Source: Batkoa obscura (taxonomy: Eukaryota). Taken from it: a DNA stretch of 64,000 nucleotides. The stretch spans positions 186,001-250,000 of the forward strand of contig JASVEC010000012.1 in NCBI GenBank assembly GCA_030770535.1. Direction: 5' to 3'. A program made the position numbers and the translations under genes. This document shows positions 15,043 through 27,619 of this stretch, one piece after another. Numbering within the stretch: the first letter of the stretch is position 1; each line of letters begins with the position of its first letter. The notes under the pieces are model-generated. The model was not told where the DNA came from, searched no databases, and worked only from the letters and a program-made list of their open reading frames with translations.

Positions 15043-17235
15043 CGTGTTAGTATGGTAGCTTATGTTATGCTCTTACGAAACTATGCCTTTATAGTGTATG
15101 TTGCAGTCTATTTCTTTATTAGCCACCTTAGCCCTGTTAGAAGTTTATTGATGGCAGATGAGGAATCTTAATTTTCTTAATAATTTTGTTAGCTTTGTTT
15201 TTTCAGGTTTAAATTTCATCCAATCAGCAGCTAAGTATGAGTTCTATTCTTCTTTACAACCAGTGAAAGTGAGTGGAATTGGTTGAAGCTTTGGAATTAT
15301 TTAATCAATGAGGTGGAATCTTCTTTTTATTTGGATTAGACATTTCGAGTTTATATCCCATAATGTAAGGGATGAAGTTAAGTGATAAATAGTACTGGTG
15401 ATAAAATTATGCTCGGTTGATGGGCCCCAGCTGCTGTTTAGTAGAGTGTGTTGTAGTGAAACGAAAACTCTCCATTTGTAGTCAAAGTGGATTTTAGCTT
15501 TTATTAATCGAATTATTTCTAACTATAAATGTTTCTTACAATGGTTTCTTTTATTCTGTAGTGTTTGCGTCACCGAAAGTTATTGGCTGAAAGAAAAGAA
15601 AATTAAAGAATCGGTTCATGGGGGAATAAGAGTATAATATTTAAATAGATATAAAAAAGCAGTAAAAACCAACAAAAATATTCTAGTTTTATAGAGATAT
15701 CATAAGCTTTAGATACAAAAAGAAGTACTTTTTTATCCATCTGATAAACATCATTGTTTTATTTAAAAAAACTTCCCTTTAATAAATACCAGCGTGACAT
15801 TTGCTACCCTTAAAAATCGGGGATTAGTTGTATAATATTCCCACGGGGTATACAACCTTGTTTAGGTTTGAAATTTAAAACAAAAATAGAAAATATTGCT
15901 CACAAAATTCTAAATAGATGAGTAAGATTATATTGGTTAATACTGCTTTTTAAAGTTTTCTACAATATTTTCAATAATCCAACTTCAACTATTCCTTGGG
16001 ATCCTCCTGCTTTGCGCCACCTTAGAATTAATAATACCTTTTTAATGTTCCAGTTTTCTCCTGCAGAATTTTGAGCACCCCCTTTTTGCAAATTGAAACT
16101 GCATAAATTGAATACTTTGATAAGAGGATGAAGTGATTTTAATACAAGTAAAGAAGAGTGATAAGATTAGATTATGTAGTCTTTTCTTTTATAAAAGATA
16201 ATATTATAGTTTATTGTATTTTATTATAAATGGTAAAGACTTCACAAGTTTATATTTAAATAGGAATGATATACAGGTGGAAATTGAACAATCTAAAGGA
16301 TTTCTTCTAGCTGGATTAGGGAAGTTTAGGTGTTTTGAATTTTGTTAATTTTTTGGGTTGCTAAAATTGAAAGTTAAAATGATTGGTTTTAGATTTAATT
16401 AAACCCCAAAATATTTAAAAAATGGTACGATAAAATATTATTTAAAAAGATAGAACGTTTTTTTCACAATAGCTGAAAGTCGTAAGTAGAAACTTATATT
16501 AAAAAACAAACTTAAAATTTCAATTAAAAGCAATTCTAAATGCCAAATGTTTTAAATGGCAAATAAAATTTTTGGGGCTAATTGCAGCTTTGAAGTTTCA
16601 TGAAATTTATTGTAAATTAATTTTCAGGAAATGTTCTTTTAAATTCCTGAATTATTATTAAATAAAGAGAATAGGCCAATTAAATGTGGTAGATTATGAA
16701 TAATTATTGTATTAGTTACAAATTTGGAGTAAATATGAAGATTATAATGATAATAGAAAGCTTATAAATATAATTAATTTTTAATTGACATAAAATAAAA
16801 GCTTATACTTTATTTACTTAAAATTTAAGTTCATCAATTACCAAAACAACCGATTTGTTGCAGACTTAAAAAGTGAATCTTAAGCCATAAGGATTTTTAT
16901 AATGATAAGATAATACAAAATATAAGTAAACTCAATGATAAAAGATAAGAATAAATAAATAATGCATTAGGGACCTTTTATTTTAAGGCAGCTACAACCG
17001 GGTTTTATAGCAAGAAACCATCCTTGAAAAAAACATAAAATCAAAGGGATAATTATCAAATTTAACATTTACACCAGCGATTTAAGCCAATCAAAAGCTT
17101 ATAAAATTGAAACTCGATTTAATTGGCTTTTAAAATTAGGTAACAATTATAAAATATGAGCTTTAGTTCGAACTTGAAGCTCAACCTTTTATTTTCCAAA
17201 CTAAAAAACTTTTCAACAAGGTTACTTATTAAAAA

Positions 17236-20200
17236 ATGTTTGGGCACTCTCTATTGCGTAGTGTGATTAACCGGTCTACAAAAAACCCTATTGAAATGGT
17301 GGTAACGTGTATTCTGGTTTTGAGTTTTGTTATAACATATGTATGGAGTTTATTGAGCGGAGATAGGATTTTTAGTTATGATAGGATCCAAGATTTAACT
17401 TACAAAACGCAATCTTATTCGTTAGATGGAGAAAGGATTATGGAAGAGGAACCCAAATTCACCTTAAAGAGCATCTTGATCACTGTTCCCCATGGTTCTG
17501 AATATCCCGGAGTACTTAATAAGCCTACTTTGATCCATGGTTTAGATTATTTAAATCATATCACTAAAAACATGACTATTAATCAAAAAGGAACCACTCT
17601 TTCCGATCTTTGTCAACGTGCCAAGTCTTTCGATTCCTCTTGTTTAATGTATAGTGTTTTTGATGCGTGGGAAAATGATTCGGAAATTTTAAATAGAGAT
17701 GAGAATCCAAGTGCTACTATCCAAAATCTTGCATTGACATCAAGCATTTATTCTAATTTAATTGTAGATCATACCATATCAAAAGAGAAAGAGTTACTTA
17801 ATGCATCTGGATTATTGATTTCGTTTGTAATTCCAACCATTGACAATGAGTTCACAAAGTCATTTAATAGATGGGAGAGAAACTTACACAATTTCAAGTT
17901 TGGTAACTTCACCGCTCAACCACTCAGCTCATCCTTTAATTTTACTAACAACTCGGATTCAAATTCCGTGTTTGGTGACTTGAAAAATTTAAGCTTGAAA
18001 TTTAAAAATTTATTTGAGGAGTCTAGCAATGCGGAAGTTTTTACCGTATTCGCTGGCTATCTCATGATGTACGCTACCTTTGTCACTTTGTTTTATAAAA
18101 TGAGGCAGATTGGCTCTTATGTTACTTTACCTTTGTCTTCCCTTTTATTGGCCATCAGTGCTTTCTTATGTTCTTTACTTACGCTTGGACTTATTGGTAG
18201 TGAAGTTGATTTAGTCATCTTCACCGAAGGTATTCCTTTCTTTGTCAGTGCCATTGGATTCAATAAACCATGTAAAATGTTCCGTGCTGTTTTAGATAAA
18301 TACAATAATGAATCTAAAGATGAAGCAAAGAGTTCTTCAGAGATCATTGCTTCAGGGGTGGAGTCAATTTCCTCTTCTTTACTTAGAGAATATTCTTTTG
18401 AAATCGGTGTTTTATCTCTTGGTGCTGCTACTGGCATCAAAGGGCTTTCAGAGTTTTGTTTACTTAGTGCTTTGACTGTCTTATATGATGCTATCTTTTT
18501 ATTTACTACTTTCCCAGCTATTCTCACCCTTAAAGTAGAATTATTACGTAAACGTGAAAATAAGATCAAAAAAGTCAGCTCCGAGCTTGATTTAACCAAC
18601 CCAGCCAATTATAAAAAGATCACCTTAAGAGCTTTGGTAGATGATTATTCTGAAAACGATCCCTCTAGCTCTACTATTTCACATGTTAAAATATTACTAA
18701 TTTTAGCTTTTGTATTGATGCAAGCACCTGGCTTGATCAATAAAAGCCCAGCAATTACAAATAATATTTTGGAACCAATGGATTATAACTTTATTTTAGA
18801 AGCTATTTCAAAACAGACTGGCCTTAGTGAGTATACCATCAAAGTATGTACTCCCTTTGTTGTTATCGGCCGTCAATTAGGCTTCATCGATTCCCTCAAC
18901 TCTCTCTTTGGTGCCTCTGATTTCACTAATAAGGTTCTTGGCTCTTTACTAATTGTTTCTTTGACGATAAATGCGATGATGTATCTCTCTACTAACCAAA
19001 CTAAAACTGAAAAGACGATTACCCCCCCAGTTTCTGTTTCCTCTACCCCAATTTCAGCTCCAGCTACATTAGCTATGACCCCAATCGAAAAAACTCCCCA
19101 ACCACCTACAGAAGATTCAACCACTAAAGTATGTAAATTTTTAATTGATGGTGATCAAGTACGTGATGTTGAAGAGTGCGCTGAGATCATTAAAATTGCA
19201 CCAGAAGCTTTATCAGATTTGGAGGTGCTTCAACTTGTTAAAGCAGGTAAACTTGCTTCGTATGCACTTGAAAAAACATTAGGTGATCTTACACGTGCGG
19301 TCAACATCCGTCGTTCCCTCATTTCTCCTGGGTTAGCTAGCAGTTTCCTTCCTTTCCAACATTACGACTATTCCAAAGTGATTGGTCAATGCTGTGAAAA
19401 TGTAGTTGGATATATGCCTTTACCAGTGGGTATTGCTGGCCCTATCAATGTAGATGGTGTTTCTTACCATGTACCTATGGCTACTACTGAAGGTTGCTTG
19501 GTTGCTTCTACCTCTCGTGGGTGTAAAGCAATCAATCTTGGCGGCGGAGCAACCACTGTACTTAGTCAGGACGGTATTACCCGTGGACCATGCGTTGAAT
19601 TCCCTAGTTTAACAGAAGCTTTTGAGTGCAAAGACTATATTGAGTCTGAAAAAGGATATAAGCATGTTAAACAAGCATTTGACTCTACCTCTCGCTTCGC
19701 ACGTTTACAAAGGATAAAAGCGGCTTTAGCTGGACGTTTGCTCTTTATCAGATTTGCTACCTCCACTGGGGATGCTATGGGTATGAATATGGTTTCAAAA
19801 GGGTCTGAAAAGGCTCTTGCTGCTCTTCAAGAAAGATTCCCAGCTATGCAAATCATCTCTATCAGTGGTAATTATTGTACGGATAAAAAACCAGCAGCTA
19901 TCAACTGGATCGAAGGACGAGGTAAATCAGTGGTTGCTGAAGCAGTGATCCCTAAAAACGTCGTTGAGAAGGTATTGAAGACGACTGTGAGTGCATTGGT
20001 AGAATTGAACATATCGAAAAATTTAGTTGGCTCAGCCATGGCTGGTTCGGTAGGTGGATTCAGTGCACATGCGGCAAATATGCTCACAGCTGTGTTTTTA
20101 GCCACTGGTCAAGACCCAGCTCAAAATGTAGAAAGTTCCAATTGTATTACATTGATGAAGGCTGTTAACCAAGGACAAGACTTATTAATCTCATGTTCTA

Positions 20201-20436
20201 TGCCATCTATTGAGGTTGGTACCATTGGTGGCGGTACCCAGCTTCCTGCTCAAGCAGCTTGTCTTGATTTACTCGGAGTACGTGGCGCCCATCCACAAGA
20301 GCCTGGAGCAAACGCACGCCGATTAGCACGTGTGATCTGTGCAACTGTTATGGCTGGTGAACTCTCGCTTATGTCCGCATTGGCAGCAGGTCATTTAGTT
20401 CAAAGTCATATGCAACACAATAGAGCTAAAAAATAA
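17236..20436 (+). CDS. HMG1: HMG-CoA reductase (class I, with membrane/sterol-sensing domain)
   Basis: [52 protein letters not shown]-terminal hydrophobic region. Confidence 0.98.
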   Translation: MFGHSLLRSVINRSTKNPIEMVVTCILVLSFVITYVWSLLSGDRIFSYDRIQDLTYKTQSYSLDGERIMEEEPKFTLKSILITVPHGSEYPGVLNKPTLIHGLDYLNHITKNMTINQKGTTLSDLCQRAKSFDSSCLMYSVFDAWENDSEILNRDENPSATIQNLALTSSIYSNLIVDHTISKEKELLNASGLLISFVIPTIDNEFTKSFNRWERNLHNFKFGNFTAQPLSSSFNFTNNSDSNSVFGDLKNLSLKFKNLFEESSNAEVFTVFAGYLMMYATFVTLFYKMRQIGSYVTLPLSSLLLAISAFLCSLLTLGLIGSEVDLVIFTEGIPFFVSAIGFNKPCKMFRAVLDKYNNESKDEAKSSSEIIASGVESISSSLLREYSFEIGVLSLGAATGIKGLSEFCLLSALTVLYDAIFLFTTFPAILTLKVELLRKRENKIKKVSSELDLTNPANYKKITLRALVDDYSENDPSSSTISHVKILLILAFVLMQAPGLINKSPAITNNILEPMDYNFILEAISKQTGLSEYTIKVCTPFVVIGRQLGFIDSLNSLFGASDFTNKVLGSLLIVSLTINAMMYLSTNQTKTEKTITPPVSVSSTPISAPATLAMTPIEKTPQPPTEDSTTKVCKFLIDGDQVRDVEECAEIIKIAPEALSDLEVLQLVKAGKLASYALEKTLGDLTRAVNIRRSLISPGLASSFLPFQHYDYSKVIGQCCENVVGYMPLPVGIAGPINVDGVSYHVPMATTEGCLVASTSRGCKAINLGGGATTVLSQDGITRGPCVEFPSLTEAFECKDYIESEKGYKHVKQAFDSTSRFARLQRIKAALAGRLLFIRFATSTGDAMGMNMVSKGSEKALAALQERFPAMQIISISGNYCTDKKPAAINWIEGRGKSVVAEAVIPKNVVEKVLKTTVSALVELNISKNLVGSAMAGSVGGFSAHAANMLTAVFLATGQDPAQNVESSNCITLMKAVNQGQDLLISCSMPSIEVGTIGGGTQLPAQAACLDLLGVRGAHPQEPGANARRLARVICATVMAGELSLMSALAAGHLVQSHMQHNRAKK

Positions 20437-21697
20437 GGGGTGGGTGAGAATGAATTTTAACTAATAGTATGCGATATGCAGTTTGCTTTTTAGAGCTTAT
20501 ATTTTCCTTAATTTTGTAGTTTTTTTTTGTATACGCTGTGATGGCCATCTTTGAGACGAATGATGGCTACACTTTCTTCTCATTTTTAAATAAAATTTAA
20601 TACTTCTAGTTGTTAGTATTTTTATTTTTCATAAACAGTATCGTATATTTACTGTATTTTGGTATACTTTAATTTGGTCTTTTTATTAAAGTATGAGTTG
20701 AGCACTTTGATGTTTTAGTATATAGAGATGAATTTAAAGTTTTAATTATAGTTTAAAATAAAACTTCTAGTTTATTAGGTTTAAATTTCAAAATTAGTAC
20801 AATGTTTTATCTCATAGCATTCTGACCATTTTTTATCTAACATAAAGGAAGATATTTTAGCAGCTATTCTGAAGTAAAAAAAACACTCCTGTTAGCTTAC
20901 TTGAGGTTCAAGTAATAAGTTGGCTACAGCTGTTAAAGCTCAAATATGCAGTGATTAACTGTTCATTTCGGAATAAAATCTTAGCCATAAATATCGCTAA
21001 AGTTTAAGAATATACCTTTAAAAACAACCAAACAGATAGTACCCAAAGGAACTTGCAAGGAAGTACATATTGAACTTTAACAGTTATATTTTTATAATTT
21101 TGTATACAGTTTATAATTTTTATACCCAAAGAAAGCAAAATTAAACTTCCCAATCAGTAAAATGACAATATGATGCCATTAATTATGAAAATAACAACTT
21201 GAGATAGCATATCTGTCGAATAAATTTAATTTGTAGAAATTGTTTTTGAAATCCATGAAATGTAACATTTACTTAGAAAAATGTTCTCTAAAGCTTGACT
21301 GATCCAAATAATCGAGAAAAGTCATTCAAAGACAAATGAACAAAAATATCGCTATTTAGATAATAGTTGGACAATTTTATTTCTAATTGAATGTATTTAA
21401 CTAATGTGTTAATATATAACATATAAGTCCATAAAAAAGTCGCATATATCATAAAAGCTTCATTTTAATAGTAAAAAATTACAGGAGATTTTGGAAGTAA
21501 AAGTATAGAAAGATTTATAAAATAATACAATAAACACAGTTAGTGACCACTTTTAATCACAACATAAATTCCAATTTTAAAGGGATGCTTCAATATCCGT
21601 AAACTCTGTGACTGGAAGATATTATACTTTATCCAATAAATTTTATAATATTTTAACAAGCTATTCATCAATCTTCAACTTTTTTTAATATATATAT

Positions 21698-21796
21698 GGG
21701 GGTGTTTTTTTTAGTTTCATTATTTTTTCCATTTTTTAAGCGCTATTTGAGCGGAAAGATTGTTAATAAAATTCTTAAACACAAAAATACATCCCC
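21698..21796 (+). mobile_element. MITE family A copy
   Basis: ATAT-GGGGGTGTTTT...AATACATCCCC-ATAT. Confidence 0.92.
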
Positions 21797-22984
21797 ATAT
21801 GGATAATAACTCTCAATCAATATCATTTTAAGATGCATAATGATATAATATTTGAGTGAAATCAATCTAACTTCCCAAAATACGTTTATAAACTAATTGA
21901 CTGATAATTTTACAAGATTAAATGCCCTATACAAATCAAATGTGACTTTAAAATAATCACCTTCTTATCAATTATAAATATGTATATGTGGTAACCATAC
22001 TCACTTTATTGAATATAAACAGATATAAACAGATATAAAAAGAGGTTTTAAGACCATACATAATGGATATAAGATTGAATCATTACTATACAGCCCCATT
22101 TATGATTATATTCATATGCCTCAAAAAATAGCACAAAATATGACTACAACAGTTAAAAAAGCTATGTTAAAATATGTATTGTTTTTGGACTTGAAAGGTA
22201 TTTGTTGTTGCGGTTATATTTTGCCCTGTTTTTTTGAAGTCCATGAATACAGTAATATAAATGGAACTACCCAATAATTGCCACTTAATAGTTTTTAATT
22301 GTTTTAAATTTCAAATAGTTCAGTGACATTGTTTTTTTTAAAAATAAATGTCTTATTTGAAATAATTTTAATTAACATTATAGCGAGCTCATGTTTTTAT
22401 AATTTTAGGTTAAATGAATGAGGTTGTAAGTATATATAAGGTAATAATAAAGTAAAATTGATCATGTATCTATCCTTAACACATTATATTATTTACGAAT
22501 ACTGAAAATTATTAAAACGCCAATTTTGGGATTATTTATTCATTGTAAAATAATTTTTGAAAAATCTATGCCTACATTATCGTTTATTTTATAAAGAGTG
22601 GTATTAATCTTATAAACCTTTAGGTTGGTACAAGCTTCTTATCTTGGTTGTGGACCGATACGAAGTTTATAAGGATTACTCATTTTGGGCTTCTAATATA
22701 TGCAGGATAATCATTTATCTTACATTTCCAAGAAACTAAAGAATTAGTAATGGGTTCTTTAAAGTAAATTTGGGATAATAAAGCTATACGAGTAGCAGAA
22801 TAGCTATATTTAGATTGAAGAACCAAGATCTAATAGAATAAAACAAAATACCTAATAAAGGTTTGGTTCGATTTAATTTAACATATTAAAATATTACGAT
22901 ACACTATATAAACTAATAAATAATTTGTTTATGATTATAAGTTTTATTAAAATATTTTTTATTATAGGCTTAAATTCAAATATC

Positions 22985-24212
22985 ATGGGTGCTACTATTA
23001 ACTCAGAAGCAATAGAAACAAAGAATAATGTAAATTATTCATAGTAAAGTTAATAACACAATACTTAAGCTCCATTTAGTTACTGTTAGAGCCATATAAT
23101 TACATATGTAGTAACCCTGGAAAAACGTTTCGAACCAAGTTATTGGAAGCGTTTCAATTTTGGTTAAATATAGATGCAGAGAAGTCAAAAATAATTGGTG
23201 AGGTTATGGAGATGCTACACAATGCTTCATTATTAATTGATGACATACAAGATAATTCTGAATTAAGAAGAGGGAATCCAGGTAACTTAAACAAACCAAG
23301 ATTTATAACTGATATTTTATTAAACTAACTTTATAAAGTTGCTCACCGTATTTATGGGATACCAATAACAATCAACTGCGCTAATTATGTCTATTTTTTA
23401 GCGTTACAAAAAGTTTATGAGTTAAATGATCCAGAGTTAGTGCAGATTTATTCTACTGAATTAATCAAATTGCACCAAGGTCAAGGAATGGAGTTACACT
23501 ATAGAGATAGAAATATTTGTCCTTCTGAACAACAATATTTAGATATGGTTAATAATAGTATTTTTTATATTTTAGACCTATATTTTGTATTTATTATTTT
23601 ATTTTAGAAACTGGAGGTTTATTGAGGTTAGGAATTAAAATGATGCAGCAAATTTCAAATTCTAATGTGTAACTTTATCATCGATACATAATCATAATAA
23701 TATATTGATAGTCAATTTGAAATAGAGATTACGTGCCTTTAGTTAATTTATTAGGAGAGTACTATCAGATTCGAGATGATTATGTTAATTTAAAGGCAGA
23801 AGATGTAATTGCATTAAAATTAAATATTTTCACTAATTTTGATAATTTTTAGTACCATTCTGCTAAAGGTTATTGTGAAGATTTAAGTGAAGGAAAATAT
23901 TCATTTCCTATCATTCATTCTTTGAGAACTGGAGATAATATGCATCAATTAGAAAGTAACTAATTCATTATATCACATTTACTTTATGTGTATATTGATT
24001 GTTATATTATTTTTATTATGTTAGATATTTTAAAGCAACGTACCGAAGATATTAATTTGAAGAAATTTGCCTTATTATTAATGGAAAAAACAAACTCATT
24101 TAAATACACTAAAGCTTATTTAGATCAATTATTAATTCAAATTCAAGATTTAGTTTTAAGTCTTGATAAAAATGATTTATTATTTGATATTATTAATGAA
24201 TTAAAAATTTAG
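22985..24212 (+). CDS. BTS1: Geranylgeranyl diphosphate synthase (7 exons)
   Basis: Spliced translation [62 protein letters not shown], with GT-AG introns in consistent phase. Confidence 0.94.
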
Positions 24213-24977
24213 ATAATTCTGAATTTAAAAAAAGTTAAACGACAAATAAAGTTTATACTTGGTTTCTTTACTTCATTTATCCTTGACTTTTCTCTTCTTT
24301 TGCTTCGCTTTTAAAATTGTCTACCTAAGAAACAAAGTACTTATAGTATTTACAAAAAAACAAGAAAAGTCTAATAATAAACTTTAATAATAAGATGAGG
24401 AAATTAAGTGACTAAAAAGGAATAATAGAACAGCAAATTTAATTAAAGTTGATTAAAATCCGATGGGAAATTAAGGTTACAACAAAACCCAATTTCATTC
24501 AAAAGCGATAGTTATTCTAAATTGGCTTTTTGGGTAACATGAATTTTCTCAGGCTTTACAAATAATATTATACATAGCTTTTTGACTGGACTATTAAATA
24601 CATATTCAAAAGCATTAAATACATTGTAGTTAAAAAGTAAGCAGTCAGATTATGTATATCCAACAACCAACTAAATAGTATTCACTCCTACTAATTAATA
24701 TCAGACTTTAATTGTTTCATGTTATGATAGGTTAAAACAATGTAATTTTTATTAAAGAACACTATTTTAAAGTCAGTTTTCTTTTCATATGCCTTTTATT
24801 TTCTGTTTTGTTTTTTAATAAATTTGCAGCTAGGTCATAATTATTAAAGGTGTTTTTAATAGTATTTTATATCATAACTGATAATTCCAGTTCTATCCTC
24901 TTTTATATTCAGATACTACAGTCTCGGATAAAAGTAAATGCTTCTTATTTTCTTGTTTTTTGACAATATTAACATAT

Positions 24978-25076
24978 GGGGGTGTTTTTTCTGGTTTCAT
25001 TACTTTTTCCATCTTTCAAACGTTATTTAAGTGGAAAAATTGTTAGTAAAATTCTTAAACACAAAAATATATCCCC
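24978..25076 (+). mobile_element. MITE family A copy
   Basis: ATAT-GGGGGTGTTTT...AATATATCCCC-ATAT. Confidence 0.9.
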
Positions 25077-25531
25077 ATATTGTTGTTGGGAAATGTATTG
25101 GTACATTTTTTAAATTATGGGTGGTGTAATTTTTTTACTTTGTAATTTATTAAAATTTTATTAAAATTTAAAAAAAATATAAGCATTTACTCATTTCTAT
25201 CAAGCATTGGACTTTTATATTATTTTAAAGCCAAACCACTAAAGACCAAAATTGTTTTTTACACTGTCTCAATTTGTAGTTTTTAGTATAAACTTGTTAT
25301 CCAGTATAACATTCGACTTAAATTTGTTAAAATTAGCATGTATGACCTACAATACTGATGTAAGTTTTTTATCTATTAAAATTTATAGAACCTAAACTTT
25401 CGCAAATTAACGTAAATTATTAGTAAATTTATGAAATACTAAAAAAATATTCATCACTTAATTAGCACTGCTCAATTGATAGTGAAACATCATGCTAAAT
25501 TTGAAAATGTAAACAAGAAACTATCTATATA

Positions 25532-25631
25532 GGAGGATGTATTTTTGTGTTTAAGAATTTTACTAACAATTTTTCCACTTAAATAACGTTTGAAAGATGG
25601 AAAAAGTGATGAAGCCAAAAAAAACACCCTC
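25532..25631 (-). mobile_element. MITE family A copy inserted in the 5' part of the hydrolase paralog; supplies the ATG of ORF 25597
   Basis: ATAT-A-GGAGGATGTATTTT...AAAACACCCTC-ATAT. The empty ATAT site is in the paralog at ~6745-6748. Confidence 0.88.
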
Positions 25632-26412
25632 ATATAATGATTTAAATCAAAATATCTACTTTGATTTAATTACCTTTTCAAATTACATCTCAAAGCCTCC
25701 ATTAATGTTATTAATTCCAAGTGACGCCTGGGTATCTGAAGATATAGAACCAAGTAAAATTATGGCAGCTAATTTAGCCAAGAATCATGGCATTATGACT
25801 GCTATCATACATCACTGTTTGAGTCAAAGGGATGGAGAAAATAAAGTTAGGCATCCTAGTTATATAGAAGACATTATAAAAGCTTTCTTTAATGTTACTT
25901 CTTCTTTGAATCATCTTAATCTAAAAGATAGAAAAATAGTTGTTAGCAATTATTCTACTGGCGCCCGCCTAAGTGCTTTATTAGCATCAAATGCTGGTCA
26001 ATATGCTAATAGTGACAACAATAAGCTTTTAAATCAAACCAAAGGAGTTGTTTCAATCGATGGTATCTTTGATTTAGAGTTATTAACTAAACAAAATAGT
26101 TTATATATTCGTCAATTTATTGAACCTGCATTTGTTACTGATGAATCAGATGCATGGAAAAAGGCATCTCCACAATATAGTGTTACTTCTAATTCATTGA
26201 ACAAGATCAGCAATGCTTCACTACCAAAGTATCTATTAATTGATTCTGCTGAGGATATCCTTATTAGCTCTCAGCAAACAATTCAATTTGCTGAGCATTT
26301 ATATGATATTGTATTAAAACAATTTGATTTTATCTATGAACTTGGTAAACATGGTCAAATTTCTACTTATGCTGAAGTACAAGATAATATCGCTAGTTTT
26401 ATTCTAAATTAA
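25597..26412 (+). pseudogene. Alpha/beta-hydrolase paralog; open 271-aa frame but degenerate motifs (probable pseudogene or inactive)
   Basis: Homologous to 5869-6837. Nucleophile motif reads NYSTG (GHSAG in the paralog) and the oxyanion region reads PSDAW. First ~12 codons are MITE-derived. Confidence 0.65.
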
Positions 26413-26740
26413 AGTTATAAACAAATTTTAACTTACAATGCTTTTAAGTGCCAAAGTTATTTTAATGACAATATTGATAATGAACGATTATTATATCATA
26501 GGGTAACTGATAATCAATCTTTATAATCTAAAATATTTTACTCTGAAAATAAATTATTTTTGCTTTGTTAGAAAGTGGCAAACAAATTTTTTTTTAGAAT
26601 AGTTTGTTAGATATTTATGTAAAAAAAGTAGAACATTTTGCAATCAAATGCCTCGGAATTTGACACCTTTTTTGCAGCATATCATTAAGAAATGCTTTAA
26701 ATCACTATAAAAGTTCTTTAAAATAAAATCTTCTGTTTGT

Positions 26741-27619
26741 TTGTTTATAATGCTTACAATTTACAAAAAAAGAGTGCAAAAGGAGATAATTAAAGCATTC
26801 CAATGGAATTCAACTAGAAGTTTAACATCAAAATACAACAACCAAAATAAAGTTAGTTATGCACTCGACAATGGCACTGTTATTGCTGAAGTACAAAAAC
26901 AAGGAGATATTTACGTCATGAATCTTACAAACAAAGACAATCGATTAACACCAGCAACAATTCCTGTATTGATCCAAGCTATGGATGAAATTGAGCAAGA
27001 TTTTTTAGCAATACGCCAAGAAAATGTCAAAGCATCCAAACCTTTTACTGGTGCTGCCTTAGTCACCATAGGAAATGGTCATATTTATTCCAATGGTCTA
27101 GATTTTGAATTAATAATGTCAGGAAAAATAAGCACTACTGATTTCTTTGAAAACTACTATCATCAATTATGTTTGAGAGTACTGAATCTTCCTTTTGCAA
27201 CTGTAGCAGCCATTAATGGGCATGCATTTGCAGGTGGTATGATGTTAGCTTTATGTCATGATTATAAAGTGATGCGACAAGATCGTGGATTTTTATGTAT
27301 GCCAGAAATTGATTTACCTAGTGCTTTATCCCCTGGCATGATGTCAGTATTGAAAACTTCAGTTCCTAATAGTAAGGATTTGAGAGATTTAATTTTACAG
27401 GGTAAAAGGATAAGTGGGAAAGAAGCCCTTGATAAAGGCATTGTGGATGCTATTGAAGTGGAGAGTAAGGTACTTCAAAGTGCAATGGATATTGCTAATA
27501 AGTGGGCTGATAAAGTGGTTGGAAGTCAAGATATATATAAGCATTTACGTTTGGAAATGAAAAGCGATACAATTGAGTTACTTAAAAATGGCGGCTTAGG
27601 ATATATTCCTAACTTTTAA
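26741..27619 (+). CDS. Enoyl-CoA delta isomerase / crotonase-fold protein (first ATG at 26750)
   Basis: YSNGLD, VAAINGHAFAGG..LALCHDY..MRQDRGFLCMPEIDL. Confidence 0.9.
   Translation: MFIMLTIYKKRVQKEIIKAFQWNSTRSLTSKYNNQNKVSYALDNGTVIAEVQKQGDIYVMNLTNKDNRLTPATIPVLIQAMDEIEQDFLAIRQENVKASKPFTGAALVTIGNGHIYSNGLDFELIMSGKISTTDFFENYYHQLCLRVLNLPFATVAAINGHAFAGGMMLALCHDYKVMRQDRGFLCMPEIDLPSALSPGMMSVLKTSVPNSKDLRDLILQGKRISGKEALDKGIVDAIEVESKVLQSAMDIANKWADKVVGSQDIYKHLRLEMKSDTIELLKNGGLGYIPNF

Noticed and set aside
18117..20105. Antisense ORFs inside HMG1, and similar shadow ORFs over PDX1, NDK, MIR, HSP20, trypsin, CLASP and the repeat protein
   Set aside because: They overlap confident genes and are explained by codon bias or low complexity.
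20538..20572. SECIS element after HMG1
   Set aside because: The 3' GA of the quartet and the apical AA placement are missing, and HMG1 has no in-frame TGA.
20889..20929. tRNA-like GGTTCAAG hairpin
   Set aside because: A simple stem (TTACTTGA/TCAAGTAA) with no cloverleaf or A-box.
22785..22791. TATACGA (Upc2-type sterol element) upstream of GGPPS
   Set aside because: A single 7-mer in AT-rich DNA, and the factor is not known to apply in this lineage.
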